Source: a virus. From it: DNA of 64,000 nucleotides. How positions within the stretch are numbered: position 1 is the first letter of the stretch; the number at the start of each line of letters is the position of its first letter. Where the stretch lies: positions 120,708 through 184,707 of the IMG/VR virus record IMGVR_UViG_3300013126_000010; one strand, 5' to 3'. Positions 37,990 to 47,413 of this stretch are shown one piece after another. A program made the translations under genes and the position numbers. A model generated the notes under the pieces. The model made no database searches. It was given only the letters and a program-made list of their open reading frames with translations, and was not told the DNA's origin.

Positions 37990-38370
37990 ATGAAACGAAT
38001 TATAGCAACATCAGTTATTGTATTTTTAACTGGTTGCAGCAATATTAGATTTGATTCAATGAATTATGATAGAATACTAACATTACATGCAACGGCAAAA
38101 TCAATGTCAGTGCAGTGTGATCATCCTGACTTAATTAGACAGCAGTTACCAGAACTTCAACGAATGTCAAATCACGTGGCATTATACAGTAGATTAAGAT
38201 CTGGTGGACCTGAAGTAGCAAGTTCTACTGCAATAGTAGAGTCTATGGTTAACGAACTTGTTTCGAAATATGTAAATTCTGCGCCTAGTACTGGTTACTG
38301 TTCAGAAAAATTGAAATCAATTTCAGATGCTACCTATACAGTGGCAAGTGCATTAGGAGCGCAACAATGA
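37990..38370 (+). CDS. putative lipoprotein
   Basis: lipobox LTGC. Confidence 0.65.
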   Translation: MKRIIATSVIVFLTGCSNIRFDSMNYDRILTLHATAKSMSVQCDHPDLIRQQLPELQRMSNHVALYSRLRSGGPEVASSTAIVESMVNELVSKYVNSAPSTGYCSEKLKSISDATYTVASALGAQQ

Positions 38371-38609
38371 GTATAAATGACTTTTTAATTTCCCCAGTAT
38401 CAGAAATCAAAGATTTAGCTGAACGTGCGGTTAAAATAGAAACAATGTTTAATAACAATGAAATTTCTCAAGAAGAATATAAAGAATTAGCTGATGATTT
38501 ACTGGAATTAAAACATATCAATTCAGAAATGGTTGATTTGGAAGTAATGAGAGAATTATGGTTATTGGTTGATACATTAAAAAATATCAAGTTTTTTGCA
38601 TCATTATAA
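38367..38609 (+). CDS. hypothetical protein
   Basis: coupled to the lipoprotein gene. Confidence 0.6.
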   Translation: MSINDFLISPVSEIKDLAERAVKIETMFNNNEISQEEYKELADDLLELKHINSEMVDLEVMRELWLLVDTLKNIKFFASL

Positions 38610-38612
38610 CAT

Positions 38613-39200
38613 ATGATATTACGAGAGTTACTAGAAGATACAATATCACCATCCCCTGAACAAAATGTGATGTCATTCTGGCATGGTGGTGATTTATCTG
38701 ACACATCAATGCGTCCACAAAAAAATGGTAGATTTGAATACGGTGCTGGTTTATATTTAATAACAAAATTTGAAGTTGCACAACGATATGCTAAAGGGTC
38801 TAGAAAGTTATACATGGTGAATGTTCACCAAGGAACTGAAATTCATTCCGTTCAATTAACCCCAAGTGATGCAATAAATTTTGTTAAATTATATCTATCA
38901 CGTAGTGCACAAAAAGAAGTATTAGAATACATTGACAAAAACATTGAAAGGACTGGCCACTTGAGTGCTAGTTCTTTTAATAATATGGTTCTTAATAGTG
39001 GTGGGTTATCATCAAAAAATACAGTAGCATTATCTCAATTTTTGGTACAGCATGGTGCAGATTATGAAATTATAAAACATCCTTTTGGCTGGGGTGGAGC
39101 AGTAATGATGGTATTATACAATATCAATAAGGTTGCTAGTATCCATCGAGTAATGCCAAAAGATACTATAACAGATTTTGATTTACCTGGGAAATTTTAA
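38613..39200 (+). CDS. ADP-ribosyltransferase-like (ART-PolyVal-type) protein
   Basis: FWHGG...YGAGLYL...VAQRYA pattern; leader MILRELLE. Confidence 0.55.
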   Translation: MILRELLEDTISPSPEQNVMSFWHGGDLSDTSMRPQKNGRFEYGAGLYLITKFEVAQRYAKGSRKLYMVNVHQGTEIHSVQLTPSDAINFVKLYLSRSAQKEVLEYIDKNIERTGHLSASSFNNMVLNSGGLSSKNTVALSQFLVQHGADYEIIKHPFGWGGAVMMVLYNINKVASIHRVMPKDTITDFDLPGKF

Positions 39201-39467
39201 ATGAGAGCAGCTGATGTTATATCATATTATCGCGGGACTAACAATATACATGAGCCAGAATTAATAAAAAATAAACAACTTCGTGCATCAAAAAATCATA
39301 TATCAGGAAAACATGAAAGTGGTTTATCAGTCAGTGATACATTACACATATCAAATTTTTTTAAATATGTTTATAAAGTATCAGGAAGAGAAATTGGTAT
39401 AGGGTCAGATGGTGAGCCTATACTAGATATAGAAAGTATTAAATTTATAAAATGGGTTAAGAAATGA
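39201..39467 (+). CDS. small ART-like protein
   Basis: YYRG...GLSVS pattern. Confidence 0.4.
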   Translation: MRAADVISYYRGTNNIHEPELIKNKQLRASKNHISGKHESGLSVSDTLHISNFFKYVYKVSGREIGIGSDGEPILDIESIKFIKWVKK

Positions 39468-39856
39468 GAGCAAACGAATTTATAACAGAGTTAAGTTTTC
39501 AAATAGATCCGAATTTTGAAAGATTTTATACAGATGATGACTCAGTAGAGTATTCATCATTAGTTAATATCAATGTAAAAAAATTAGATCATCTTTGGAA
39601 AAAAGATCCAGCATTTTATATTGGGAAAGGCGGTGAAGGGCAGATAAAAAGTCGTTATGAAAATTTTGGTGATTTTTTAGCTAGACACCCATCTCATATA
39701 AATGCACCACATGTATCGATATCACCAAGAGGTGTAACATTTACTAATGGTAGACATCGTTTTGCATGGTTTAGAGACCACGGTTATACTGTATTACCAG
39801 TTAGTATGGATAATGATTCCATTCGATATGCAAAGAAGATAGGGTTGATTGCATGA
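39464..39856 (+). CDS. ParB/Srx-like nuclease domain protein
   Basis: FTNGRHRFAW...LPV motif; leader MRANEFITE. Confidence 0.6.
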   Translation: MRANEFITELSFQIDPNFERFYTDDDSVEYSSLVNINVKKLDHLWKKDPAFYIGKGGEGQIKSRYENFGDFLARHPSHINAPHVSISPRGVTFTNGRHRFAWFRDHGYTVLPVSMDNDSIRYAKKIGLIA

Positions 39857-40518
39857 AAGTATACGAAATAATAAATGAAAATGAAACAATAATGGAAGTA
39901 CCACTACCAAGTGAATGGGATAAATCGGTATATACTCCGAAAACATCATATAAAAAACGTATTGATTATGCTGTTGCAAGAGCACAAAAAATTGGCAGAG
40001 GATCATCAAGATCTGCTTTTATCATCCCATATGAAGGTAGGCAAACAATTTTAAAAGTAGCTCATAACAAAAAGGGTATGGCTCAAAATGAAGCAGAAGC
40101 ATCGATTCTTGACGATGGATATGCAAAGAATATGGGTATTTTAATTCCATTAATTGATTATGATGAAGAACATACCCAACCAGTGTGGATTCATACCGAA
40201 CTAGCACAGAAAGCTACTGAAGAACAATTATGTTCTATTTTAAAATGTCCTAGATTGGTAGACTTAGTTAGACATGCTAACATGATAGGATCTGGTAAGA
40301 ATGCATCACAATTTCAAGCAGCATTAAAATCTACATTATCAGATGATGATTTTGAAACATTCCTAGAATATTCAGATAAGTTAACCGATTTATCTAATTC
40401 ATTTGATATTAAATTAGTTGATTTTTCAAGAGCAGCAAATTGGGGTTTATTTAATAATGAACCAGTACTAATAGATTTAGGATTTACATCCAACGTTCAA
40501 CAGTTATATTACAAATAA
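39853..40518 (+). CDS. protein kinase-like protein
   Basis: IGRGSSR Gly-loop, ILKVA Lys, QNEAE, DF..ANWG, VLIDLG. Confidence 0.65.
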   Translation: MKVYEIINENETIMEVPLPSEWDKSVYTPKTSYKKRIDYAVARAQKIGRGSSRSAFIIPYEGRQTILKVAHNKKGMAQNEAEASILDDGYAKNMGILIPLIDYDEEHTQPVWIHTELAQKATEEQLCSILKCPRLVDLVRHANMIGSGKNASQFQAALKSTLSDDDFETFLEYSDKLTDLSNSFDIKLVDFSRAANWGLFNNEPVLIDLGFTSNVQQLYYK

Positions 40519-41313
40519 TTTAATTGTCTTACCTACGTTATCTTCTATACTTGATATAGTACCATTGATATTTCTAAAATAAACATGAAATTCTGATGGT
40601 ACTAACATCATTTGAGATGTAGTCATCATTTTATAATCACCAGTCTGTATTCTTCTTGGATTCATTTGCGGGTCATCATTATGATCCAATGTCATTGAAT
40701 TCATTATTTCATATGGGGTGGTAGAATCATTTACTATATATTCTGTTATGTTTTTACGGAATTCAGAACTAACTCTACTATGGGTTTGAGAATCTGACAC
40801 ATTATATTGATATCCAGCCCATGGTAATAAAACACCATGATTGGTCCTTACTATATTCTCATTTTTAGATACTTCTCTAATATTATACTTAAAGATTCGA
40901 TCTTTATAACCACCTTTAACCCATGCCCCTTCTAATAGGAAACATTGGTTTTTATCAAAAACAATAGTATGTCCAGTTAATTTTGATTCAATCAGATTAT
41001 CAACCGCATCCTTTAAACAATTACATGTCAATGCCTGTTTTATTCTAATACCATCTGGACTTGGTTGATTTGTTCTATCTTTTAATTCGAATTCTTTTTC
41101 GTCATCTCTAACCATTAAACTGGCACTTAATATAGATATTCCATTTGAATTCATCCCTTCACTATACTGAGTAATATCATCAATAAAGTACAATATATCC
41201 ATATCATTTTCTTTAACATGTTTAAATGATACTATAGGAGAATAATTTCTATCTCTATTTTTAATCCCAATCCATCCTTTAGTTGGATAATATTTTGCTA
41301 TTAATACACACAT
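40504..41313 (-). CDS. Ntn-hydrolase/peptidase-like protein
   Basis: Cys2 nucleophile, KNRDRNY, EGMNSNG, RTNHG. Confidence 0.65.
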   Translation of the reverse strand: MCVLIAKYYPTKGWIGIKNRDRNYSPIVSFKHVKENDMDILYFIDDITQYSEGMNSNGISILSASLMVRDDEKEFELKDRTNQPSPDGIRIKQALTCNCLKDAVDNLIESKLTGHTIVFDKNQCFLLEGAWVKGGYKDRIFKYNIREVSKNENIVRTNHGVLLPWAGYQYNVSDSQTHSRVSSEFRKNITEYIVNDSTTPYEIMNSMTLDHNDDPQMNPRRIQTGDYKMMTTSQMMLVPSEFHVYFRNINGTISSIEDNVGKTIKLFVI

Positions 41314-42226
41314 TCTTTATTTAGGTATTTTTGACGGACCTATCCTTAAATATTTGGGGGATAATTTAATAATAATTATGTTTATACCTGGAGGTCAATA
41401 AATTGACCTAATCTTCAATATTTCTCACCATTCGTTCGTTCCTCACTCATGTGAGAAATATTTTGATTGTAGGGTTTTTTTCTTTTTTATTTATTTACAT
41501 GTATTAGAGAACAATTTAATAATTTGATTTTATAATTTCAATTATTAATAATAATACTCTTTATATACACATTACTAGATTGAGGAGATGGATTGACGCT
41601 TGGGTGAACAAGCATCAAAAAAACTTTACTGAGTTGTATCGAAGTCTTTAGACGGTAGGTGTTTGATGAGATTCAACTGATTCGGCTCTGTGCTTACCGT
41701 TACCTACCACGATTTTTAAGACCCTGCGCGTCATTGGGTCATATCAGTTATTGAACTCTATTGCGGAAAAAATGGTTGACAAATTTTGGACGCAATAAGG
41801 GATACATGTTATGGAACTTAAAAAAACAGACTCAAGGAAACCCAGGTACATTTACAGTTTTTTTAATTTGCACTGCGACAATTGTCACATTTACATGCTC
41901 CCAAACCGGTCCGAATATCATGAACGTTTGTGCCGAAGACACACGTTTTAAGGCATCCAACGCGAAGCGAAGGGTAGATGATATAAGCCTACTTTCAGTG
42001 AGTAGGATTGAGTACCACGAACAAGGAATGCGTGGGTTACCCAGTGGAATTATAATTGGCCCACCAACCTTAAACTGAATATTTGTACTGCGATGAGATA
42101 ATTGATGATAATCCCGGATCTTAAATGTTAGCTAATATTGCCTAGCTAAGTGGCATGTATCATTATAGCAGTATTTATCAAAAGTGCAACAAAAAAGCCC
42201 CAGAATTTCTTCTGAGGCTTTATGAG

Positions 42227-42529
42227 TTATACCTGAGAAACTTTTATCTGCAATGGAAAACCTTCACTCCTAGCCATTGTGGTAGCTTCTACACACTTTG
42301 CTTCCGCAATTTCAAATGTGTACGTCCCAACTATTGCACTACCTTCAACATGAACTTGGAGCATTAATTCATTGGCTTTTTCAACACTATGTTTGAAAAT
42401 AGTAGTCAACGCATGCAACACAAATTGCATAGTGGTATGATCATCATTCAGCATAATAACATTCCATTGTTTAGGTTCTGTTAATTTCTGCTTTTGTTTT
42501 TTACGTTCAATTACATCAGTGTCTGCCAT
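42227..42529 (-). CDS. clpS: ATP-dependent Clp protease adaptor ClpS
   Basis: VIMLNDDHTTMQFV, LMLQVHVEG, AEAK, FPL motifs. Confidence 0.93.
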   Translation of the reverse strand: MADTDVIERKKQKQKLTEPKQWNVIMLNDDHTTMQFVLHALTTIFKHSVEKANELMLQVHVEGSAIVGTYTFEIAEAKCVEATTMARSEGFPLQIKVSQV

Positions 42530-42576
42530 AAGATTACCATTTGTTAAAGTTGCTATAATTATATTATAGTATACAA

Positions 42577-43026
42577 TTATTTATCTGTCAATAGGTATGG
42601 CTCATTAATTTCAATAGTACGTGGCTTCATTGTTTCAGGAATGACTAGTTCTAGTAAAATAGTCAAGATACCATTATCAATGATAGCAGAACGAACCTCT
42701 AAATGCTCTGCAAGTTTGAAATTTCTAATGAAATCACGAGATGATAGTCCACGATAAATGAATTCACCTTTGTCAGATGGTGTTTGTTTTACACCTTTAA
42801 CAGTTAGCTGATCTTGTTGAACTTCAATTGAGATTTCAGATTTTGCAAACCCAGCCACTGCTATTTCAATAGAATAGTTATAATCATCATGTTTGATGAT
42901 ATTATGTGGTGGGTAATTTGTTTGGATTTGGTTAGCGAATCGATGTTCGAATGTATCTAACATTCTATCAACACCAATAAAGGCTTTATGTAAAGTAGCT
43001 GTATCGAATTTTGGTAATGTATTCAT
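42577..43026 (-). CDS. small heat-shock protein Hsp20 (IbpA-like)
   Basis: YPPHNI, IEIAVAGF, YRGLSSRDF.R.F.L, NGIL. Confidence 0.93.
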   Translation of the reverse strand: MNTLPKFDTATLHKAFIGVDRMLDTFEHRFANQIQTNYPPHNIIKHDDYNYSIEIAVAGFAKSEISIEVQQDQLTVKGVKQTPSDKGEFIYRGLSSRDFIRNFKLAEHLEVRSAIIDNGILTILLELVIPETMKPRTIEINEPYLLTDK

Positions 43027-43165
43027 TGCATTTCTCCTATAAATTTAGCAAGATTGTTTGGGTACCATACCCAGTTTCGTGACCCAAGTGGCATCACTAA
43101 TACTATTTATCATTGATGGGCTAAAAACCCATCAATATTATATCAAAAATACAAAAATCTACAAA

Positions 43166-43390
43166 TTACCTTTTTATCTGCGGTAATTTTTGTTTTTGCA
43201 AACGTTTCAAATGTCTTGCACGAGCAATAGCTTTTTCACGTTTACGAGACAAAGATGGTTTTTCATAAAATTCTTTTTCTTGTAAGATTTTTAGATTACC
43301 ATTGTCTTTTACTTTATTCTTCAGTCTGCGTAATGCTCTCGAAACGTCCTCGTGTTCTTTCAATCGAACACTTAATGTAGCTTTTATCAT
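43166..43390 (-). CDS. rpsU: ribosomal protein bS21
   Basis: ALRRLK..V...G.L...EKEFYEKPS..RKR. Confidence 0.88.
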   Translation of the reverse strand: MIKATLSVRLKEHEDVSRALRRLKNKVKDNGNLKILQEKEFYEKPSLSRKREKAIARARHLKRLQKQKLPQIKR

Positions 43391-43458
43391 CTATAAGTTA
43401 TCCTGTATTATTTGGTATGGCAATGCCATATGAGTTATGTTAGTTAAAGAATTATTTA

Positions 43459-43899
43459 TCAAAAGTTGTCATCATCTCGATCATTATTATCCATTTCTTC
43501 AAGATAATCAATAATATCATCCATTTCATATATTCTACGCTTACTAATTAGTTTCCATGGAGAATCCTCATCATTAGTTATATAAAATGATCGTGGATGT
43601 ATTAGCATAAAACTCACAAAGTTTTTAGTAATCTCATCACAGTGATCGATATCAATAACGATTATATCACTCATTCTACTGCATGACAATAACCATTGTA
43701 GGTCTGTGTCATTCTCATCGAATATATAAACGTTGATATCATCTCCTGCTGCATTAAAAAATTGTTTTACTTGTAATTTTAAAGCTGGTGATGGTTTTAC
43801 AATTAGATAACCTGGATTAAAATTAAAAAGGTTATCAGGTGGTGTTATAAGATTTAGTCTACTTTGTGTCATTGTTATTATTCCATGGTAGTTCATCAA
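43459..43899 (-). CDS. hypothetical protein
   Basis: LITPPD N-terminal motif. Confidence 0.6.
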   Translation of the reverse strand: MMNYHGIITMTQSRLNLITPPDNLFNFNPGYLIVKPSPALKLQVKQFFNAAGDDINVYIFDENDTDLQWLLSCSRMSDIIVIDIDHCDEITKNFVSFMLIHPRSFYITNDEDSPWKLISKRRIYEMDDIIDYLEEMDNNDRDDDNF

Positions 43900-44938
43900 T
43901 CAAACCTAAGTTGTAAAGTTTTTCTTGATGTTTTAATGTATCATGTTGATTCTTTTCTTTCCATTTTGATTTAGCTTGTTTTTCTGACATAACTTGTTCA
44001 GACTCATCATTCTGATTCACATCCAATGATATATCTTGAACATCATTTTCTGGAATATAAAAATCAACTGGTCCATCATTGTCGTCTAAAGTTGATGTTT
44101 CTATTGCTTCCTCCTTATTAGTAATAATTTTTTTATTAATGATTATATATGAAAAACTATATTGACTGCATAATAGTAATACAACAGCTAATGGGTCAAA
44201 TACTAGTACAATAAAAATCATTACATATCGTACTGCTGATTCTAAATTTTTATCAGTGTCATCAAAAATCAAACCAGCAATTGACTTGATAGGTCCAAAT
44301 TCTACTGATTTCTTTCTAGCCATTATAGTAAATGGTGCCTTCTCATCTCGTAATAATGAAATTTCTTTTCTGGCAGTATTGATTGAATCTAATAAAAATG
44401 TACGTTCATCTTTTTGTGATTTTCTGATATTTACTGAACGTTGAACACCACGTTCAGTATCAGATCTTGATATTGATTGATCAACTGCTGTATTTAATTG
44501 TGATAATGATTTTTCAGACGATGATATAATATCATTTTGAATTTTTATTTTTTCATCAATGATTTCTATTTTATCTTGGATATCACCGATATTAACGGTC
44601 TGTTCCATATTCGCTTTGGCGAGGAATCCATATACGCCTAAACTGGTAATTGTCATTAGTATTATGATAGCAGAAATTACATATAGTTTTATTATTATTG
44701 GGGCAATATTCCAGAATCGTTTTAACCAAATTGTTGCAACTAATTTACTAAGTTCAAGAACAGTTCCCATAATTATTATAGGAATCATTGCACCTGGAAA
44801 TATACTTACTAATCCGCAGATTGAATAATATATTGCGACTGCTGAGATTGACAGTCCACTGAATAATGTTAGGTATGATATTAAAGAATTTGTACGCATG
44901 TAGTATTTATGCATAAAAAAGCCCCAATAAAGGGGCAA
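43859..44938 (-). CDS. multi-TM coiled-coil membrane protein
   Basis: three N-terminal TMs, coiled coil, IVLVFDPLAVVLL TM. Confidence 0.7.
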   Translation of the reverse strand: MPLYWGFFMHKYYMRTNSLISYLTLFSGLSISAVAIYYSICGLVSIFPGAMIPIIIMGTVLELSKLVATIWLKRFWNIAPIIIKLYVISAIIILMTITSLGVYGFLAKANMEQTVNIGDIQDKIEIIDEKIKIQNDIISSSEKSLSQLNTAVDQSISRSDTERGVQRSVNIRKSQKDERTFLLDSINTARKEISLLRDEKAPFTIMARKKSVEFGPIKSIAGLIFDDTDKNLESAVRYVMIFIVLVFDPLAVVLLLCSQYSFSYIIINKKIITNKEEAIETSTLDDNDGPVDFYIPENDVQDISLDVNQNDESEQVMSEKQAKSKWKEKNQHDTLKHQEKLYNLGLIDELPWNNNNDTK

Positions 44939-44965
44939 TGATTAAACCAGGATAGAGTTGTACTA

Positions 44966-45409
44966 TCAAACTATAGTAATGGAAACTTTTCCAACACCTT
45001 TTAACCCAATAGCTTTTGCTGCATACTTTGATAAGTCGATTACTCTGGAGCGAACAAATGGTCCTCGATCATTGATTCTAACAACTACCGATTGATGATT
45101 AGATAAGTTTGTAACTTTAACCATTGTTCCAAAAGGTAATCGTTTATGAGCAGCAGTCATTGCTCTAGGATTAAATGGTTCACCAGAAGCGGTTTTTGGA
45201 CCAGATTCATAACCATAGAATGATGCTAATCCAATCATATCATTCTGATTTGAATTTGCGATCATTTTTTTAGTCTTTGGTGACTTTACTTTTTTAACTA
45301 CTTTATATACATGATGTGCTTTATTTTTCGCATCAACCATAGTAGATGTAGTTAACCCTATTGTTAAAATTAAAAAAAGAGTTAATACTCTCGTATGTGA
45401 ATGTTTCAT
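44966..45409 (-). CDS. rlpA: RlpA-like lytic transglycosylase (DPBB)
   Basis: [36 protein letters not shown]. Confidence 0.92.
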   Translation of the reverse strand: MKHSHTRVLTLFLILTIGLTTSTMVDAKNKAHHVYKVVKKVKSPKTKKMIANSNQNDMIGLASFYGYESGPKTASGEPFNPRAMTAAHKRLPFGTMVKVTNLSNHQSVVVRINDRGPFVRSRVIDLSKYAAKAIGLKGVGKVSITIV

Positions 45410-46028
45410 AATATCTCCTTCACTTGGTGTGTATCAAATAATACACATTACATTCAGGAAGATGACAAATAATAATATTGGCTTGTCAGGCCCAAAGTTG
45501 TATCATCATCTTCAATTGTTGGGGGGATTAAACAACAATCCCCTTGCCTTTTGTTGAGTTTGGCACCCATTACTTTGGGTTGTGATTTGCCAAGACTCGG
45601 TGACCATTAAACTGCAATGGTCATCTATCCTAGTTTTTAAAAACTTAATTTATTATTATACCAATACTTTTTAAGTATTGCAAGTAGTATTTATCTTTGT
45701 ACTTACTATTCAGAAGTAAATTCTACGATAATACTTGGATCAATTGACGATTGAATTGATTCAACCAACGATTCGATTATTTCAGGAGTGAGGACATAAA
45801 CATTATCATCTTCACTATCTTTTACTAATTTTGAAAATTGTATCACTAATTTTTCTGTTACTATTCTAGCCATAATTAAAGGGTTATGTTATATTTAAGT
45901 TGACGAATCATTCTGTTCACCATTATTTTCGCTAATTTCCATTGTGCTAATGAAATAGGATCATCATGTGGTGTAGATGATTCAAGTACTGTTAATATCA
46001 GTTGTAATTCTTCTAGCTGATGCATTGT

Positions 46029-46253
46029 TCAAGATAGAACTTTTTGTAGATCAGTAAATCCACCAACATATTCACCATCAATAAATATTTGTGGAACTGT
46101 TCTTGCTGTTGGTGCAGCCTCTAACAACTGCTCCTTGGTCCAACCATCACCAATTTTTCTTTCTTCATAAAGAATACCTTTTGCAGAAAGTAATTGTTTT
46201 GCACTTGTACAAAAATGACAGTTATCTTTACTCCATACTATTGCTTGTTTCAT
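46029..46253 (-). CDS. glutaredoxin
   Basis: CHFC, TVPQIF, VGGF. Confidence 0.92.
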   Translation of the reverse strand: MKQAIVWSKDNCHFCTSAKQLLSAKGILYEERKIGDGWTKEQLLEAAPTARTVPQIFIDGEYVGGFTDLQKVLS

Positions 46254-46261
46254 TTTTTCTC

Positions 46262-46729
46262 CTATATAATAATTACATCATCAAAACCTTCATCTTTAGT
46301 AGGAATTTCTAGATTATTTAACATATCTTGATAGATATGTGGACTGATAGTTTTTCCAGGTCTTGATGCCAATCTTCTTGCCAATTCTTTTTCATCTGGT
46401 GCAGGAAAATATACCGCAATCTTCTTATAAGAATCTGGAATCTTCCTCAATTTTTTTATTCTAGCACCTTTCATTACATTGGTTTGATCCCAAATGATAT
46501 TATAGCCATTCTTAACAGCATCCGCTATGGTTTTAGATAAATGATTGGATGCATCTTTGTAAGCAACTTTAAATGCATCATCATATGATATACCAGAATC
46601 ATTAGCAAACCTATCCAAAAAACCATCGGTACTGGCTATAACAGTATTGTTCCAATCAAACATTTGATTAGCAGTCCATGTTGATTTACCTGATCCTGGT
46701 AATCCTATTAACATATATAAAGTTGGCAT
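46262..46729 (-). CDS. P-loop kinase (AAA_33/polynucleotide-kinase-like)
   Basis: GLPGSGKST, WDQTN, RPGK..P motifs. Confidence 0.8.
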   Translation of the reverse strand: MPTLYMLIGLPGSGKSTWTANQMFDWNNTVIASTDGFLDRFANDSGISYDDAFKVAYKDASNHLSKTIADAVKNGYNIIWDQTNVMKGARIKKLRKIPDSYKKIAVYFPAPDEKELARRLASRPGKTISPHIYQDMLNNLEIPTKDEGFDDVIII

Positions 46730-47382
46730 TATAATTTCCTTTCATTTACTGGGACATAATCATTAACACTATCAGGTCCACATAGTTCTCTATATCTCCT
46801 AATATGAAAAAAACCTCTAGTTTCTCCTATTGTTTTTTTATTAGAAAGAACATATTGATAACGTCTAAATGATGGATCATGTTTTTTGAAATATTGATTA
46901 AATTCTTCAATGTTGTGTAAAGTGTTAAAAGTTCCACCAGGAAGTTCTTTATCATATATTGAAATATAATAACCATTTTTTAACATGTTTTTCCACAATT
47001 CATATCCTTCGTCTGACAGATCTTGATCACTCATTAATCGCAATGACAATGGATTATCATCCAAAATTCTACTATATAACTCTGATGCAAATGGTTGTTT
47101 TCCTTTGTAGGTAGGATTCTTTCCTGTTATTGAAACAGTCATACCTTGTGGGTGATGATGAACTTCAGTACCAAGAATGATATTATCATTATCACCGAAC
47201 CAGTAATATTTTACTTCTCCATCAATTTTATTTAAATTATTTGGTAATGGTATTACGTTAACCCCATATTTAATGAGATCTTTTATATTATATACTAATT
47301 GTTGATAGGTATCAATAGTGCCAATTCCCATAGGAGTTTCAAATAACCACGTATTATTAAAATCCGTTCTACTTGTTGTCAT
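46729..47382 (-). CDS. hypothetical protein
   Basis: SDQDLSDEG..LWK pattern, possible GNAT-like. Confidence 0.55.
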   Translation of the reverse strand: MTTSRTDFNNTWLFETPMGIGTIDTYQQLVYNIKDLIKYGVNVIPLPNNLNKIDGEVKYYWFGDNDNIILGTEVHHHPQGMTVSITGKNPTYKGKQPFASELYSRILDDNPLSLRLMSDQDLSDEGYELWKNMLKNGYYISIYDKELPGGTFNTLHNIEEFNQYFKKHDPSFRRYQYVLSNKKTIGETRGFFHIRRYRELCGPDSVNDYVPVNERKL

Positions 47383-47413
47383 TATAAGTTCCTTGTTATC
47401 AAATCATTGAGTA

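Noticed and set aside
41761-42078. 105-aa plus-strand ORF
   Set aside because: Atypical composition, no RBS, and lies within a hairpin-rich GC-elevated tract opposite the local promoter.
45540-45600. c-di-GMP-I riboswitch upstream of rlpA
   Set aside because: GGCAAA is present, but the GNRA-capped P2 and the GACGCAAAGC-like core do not match well enough.
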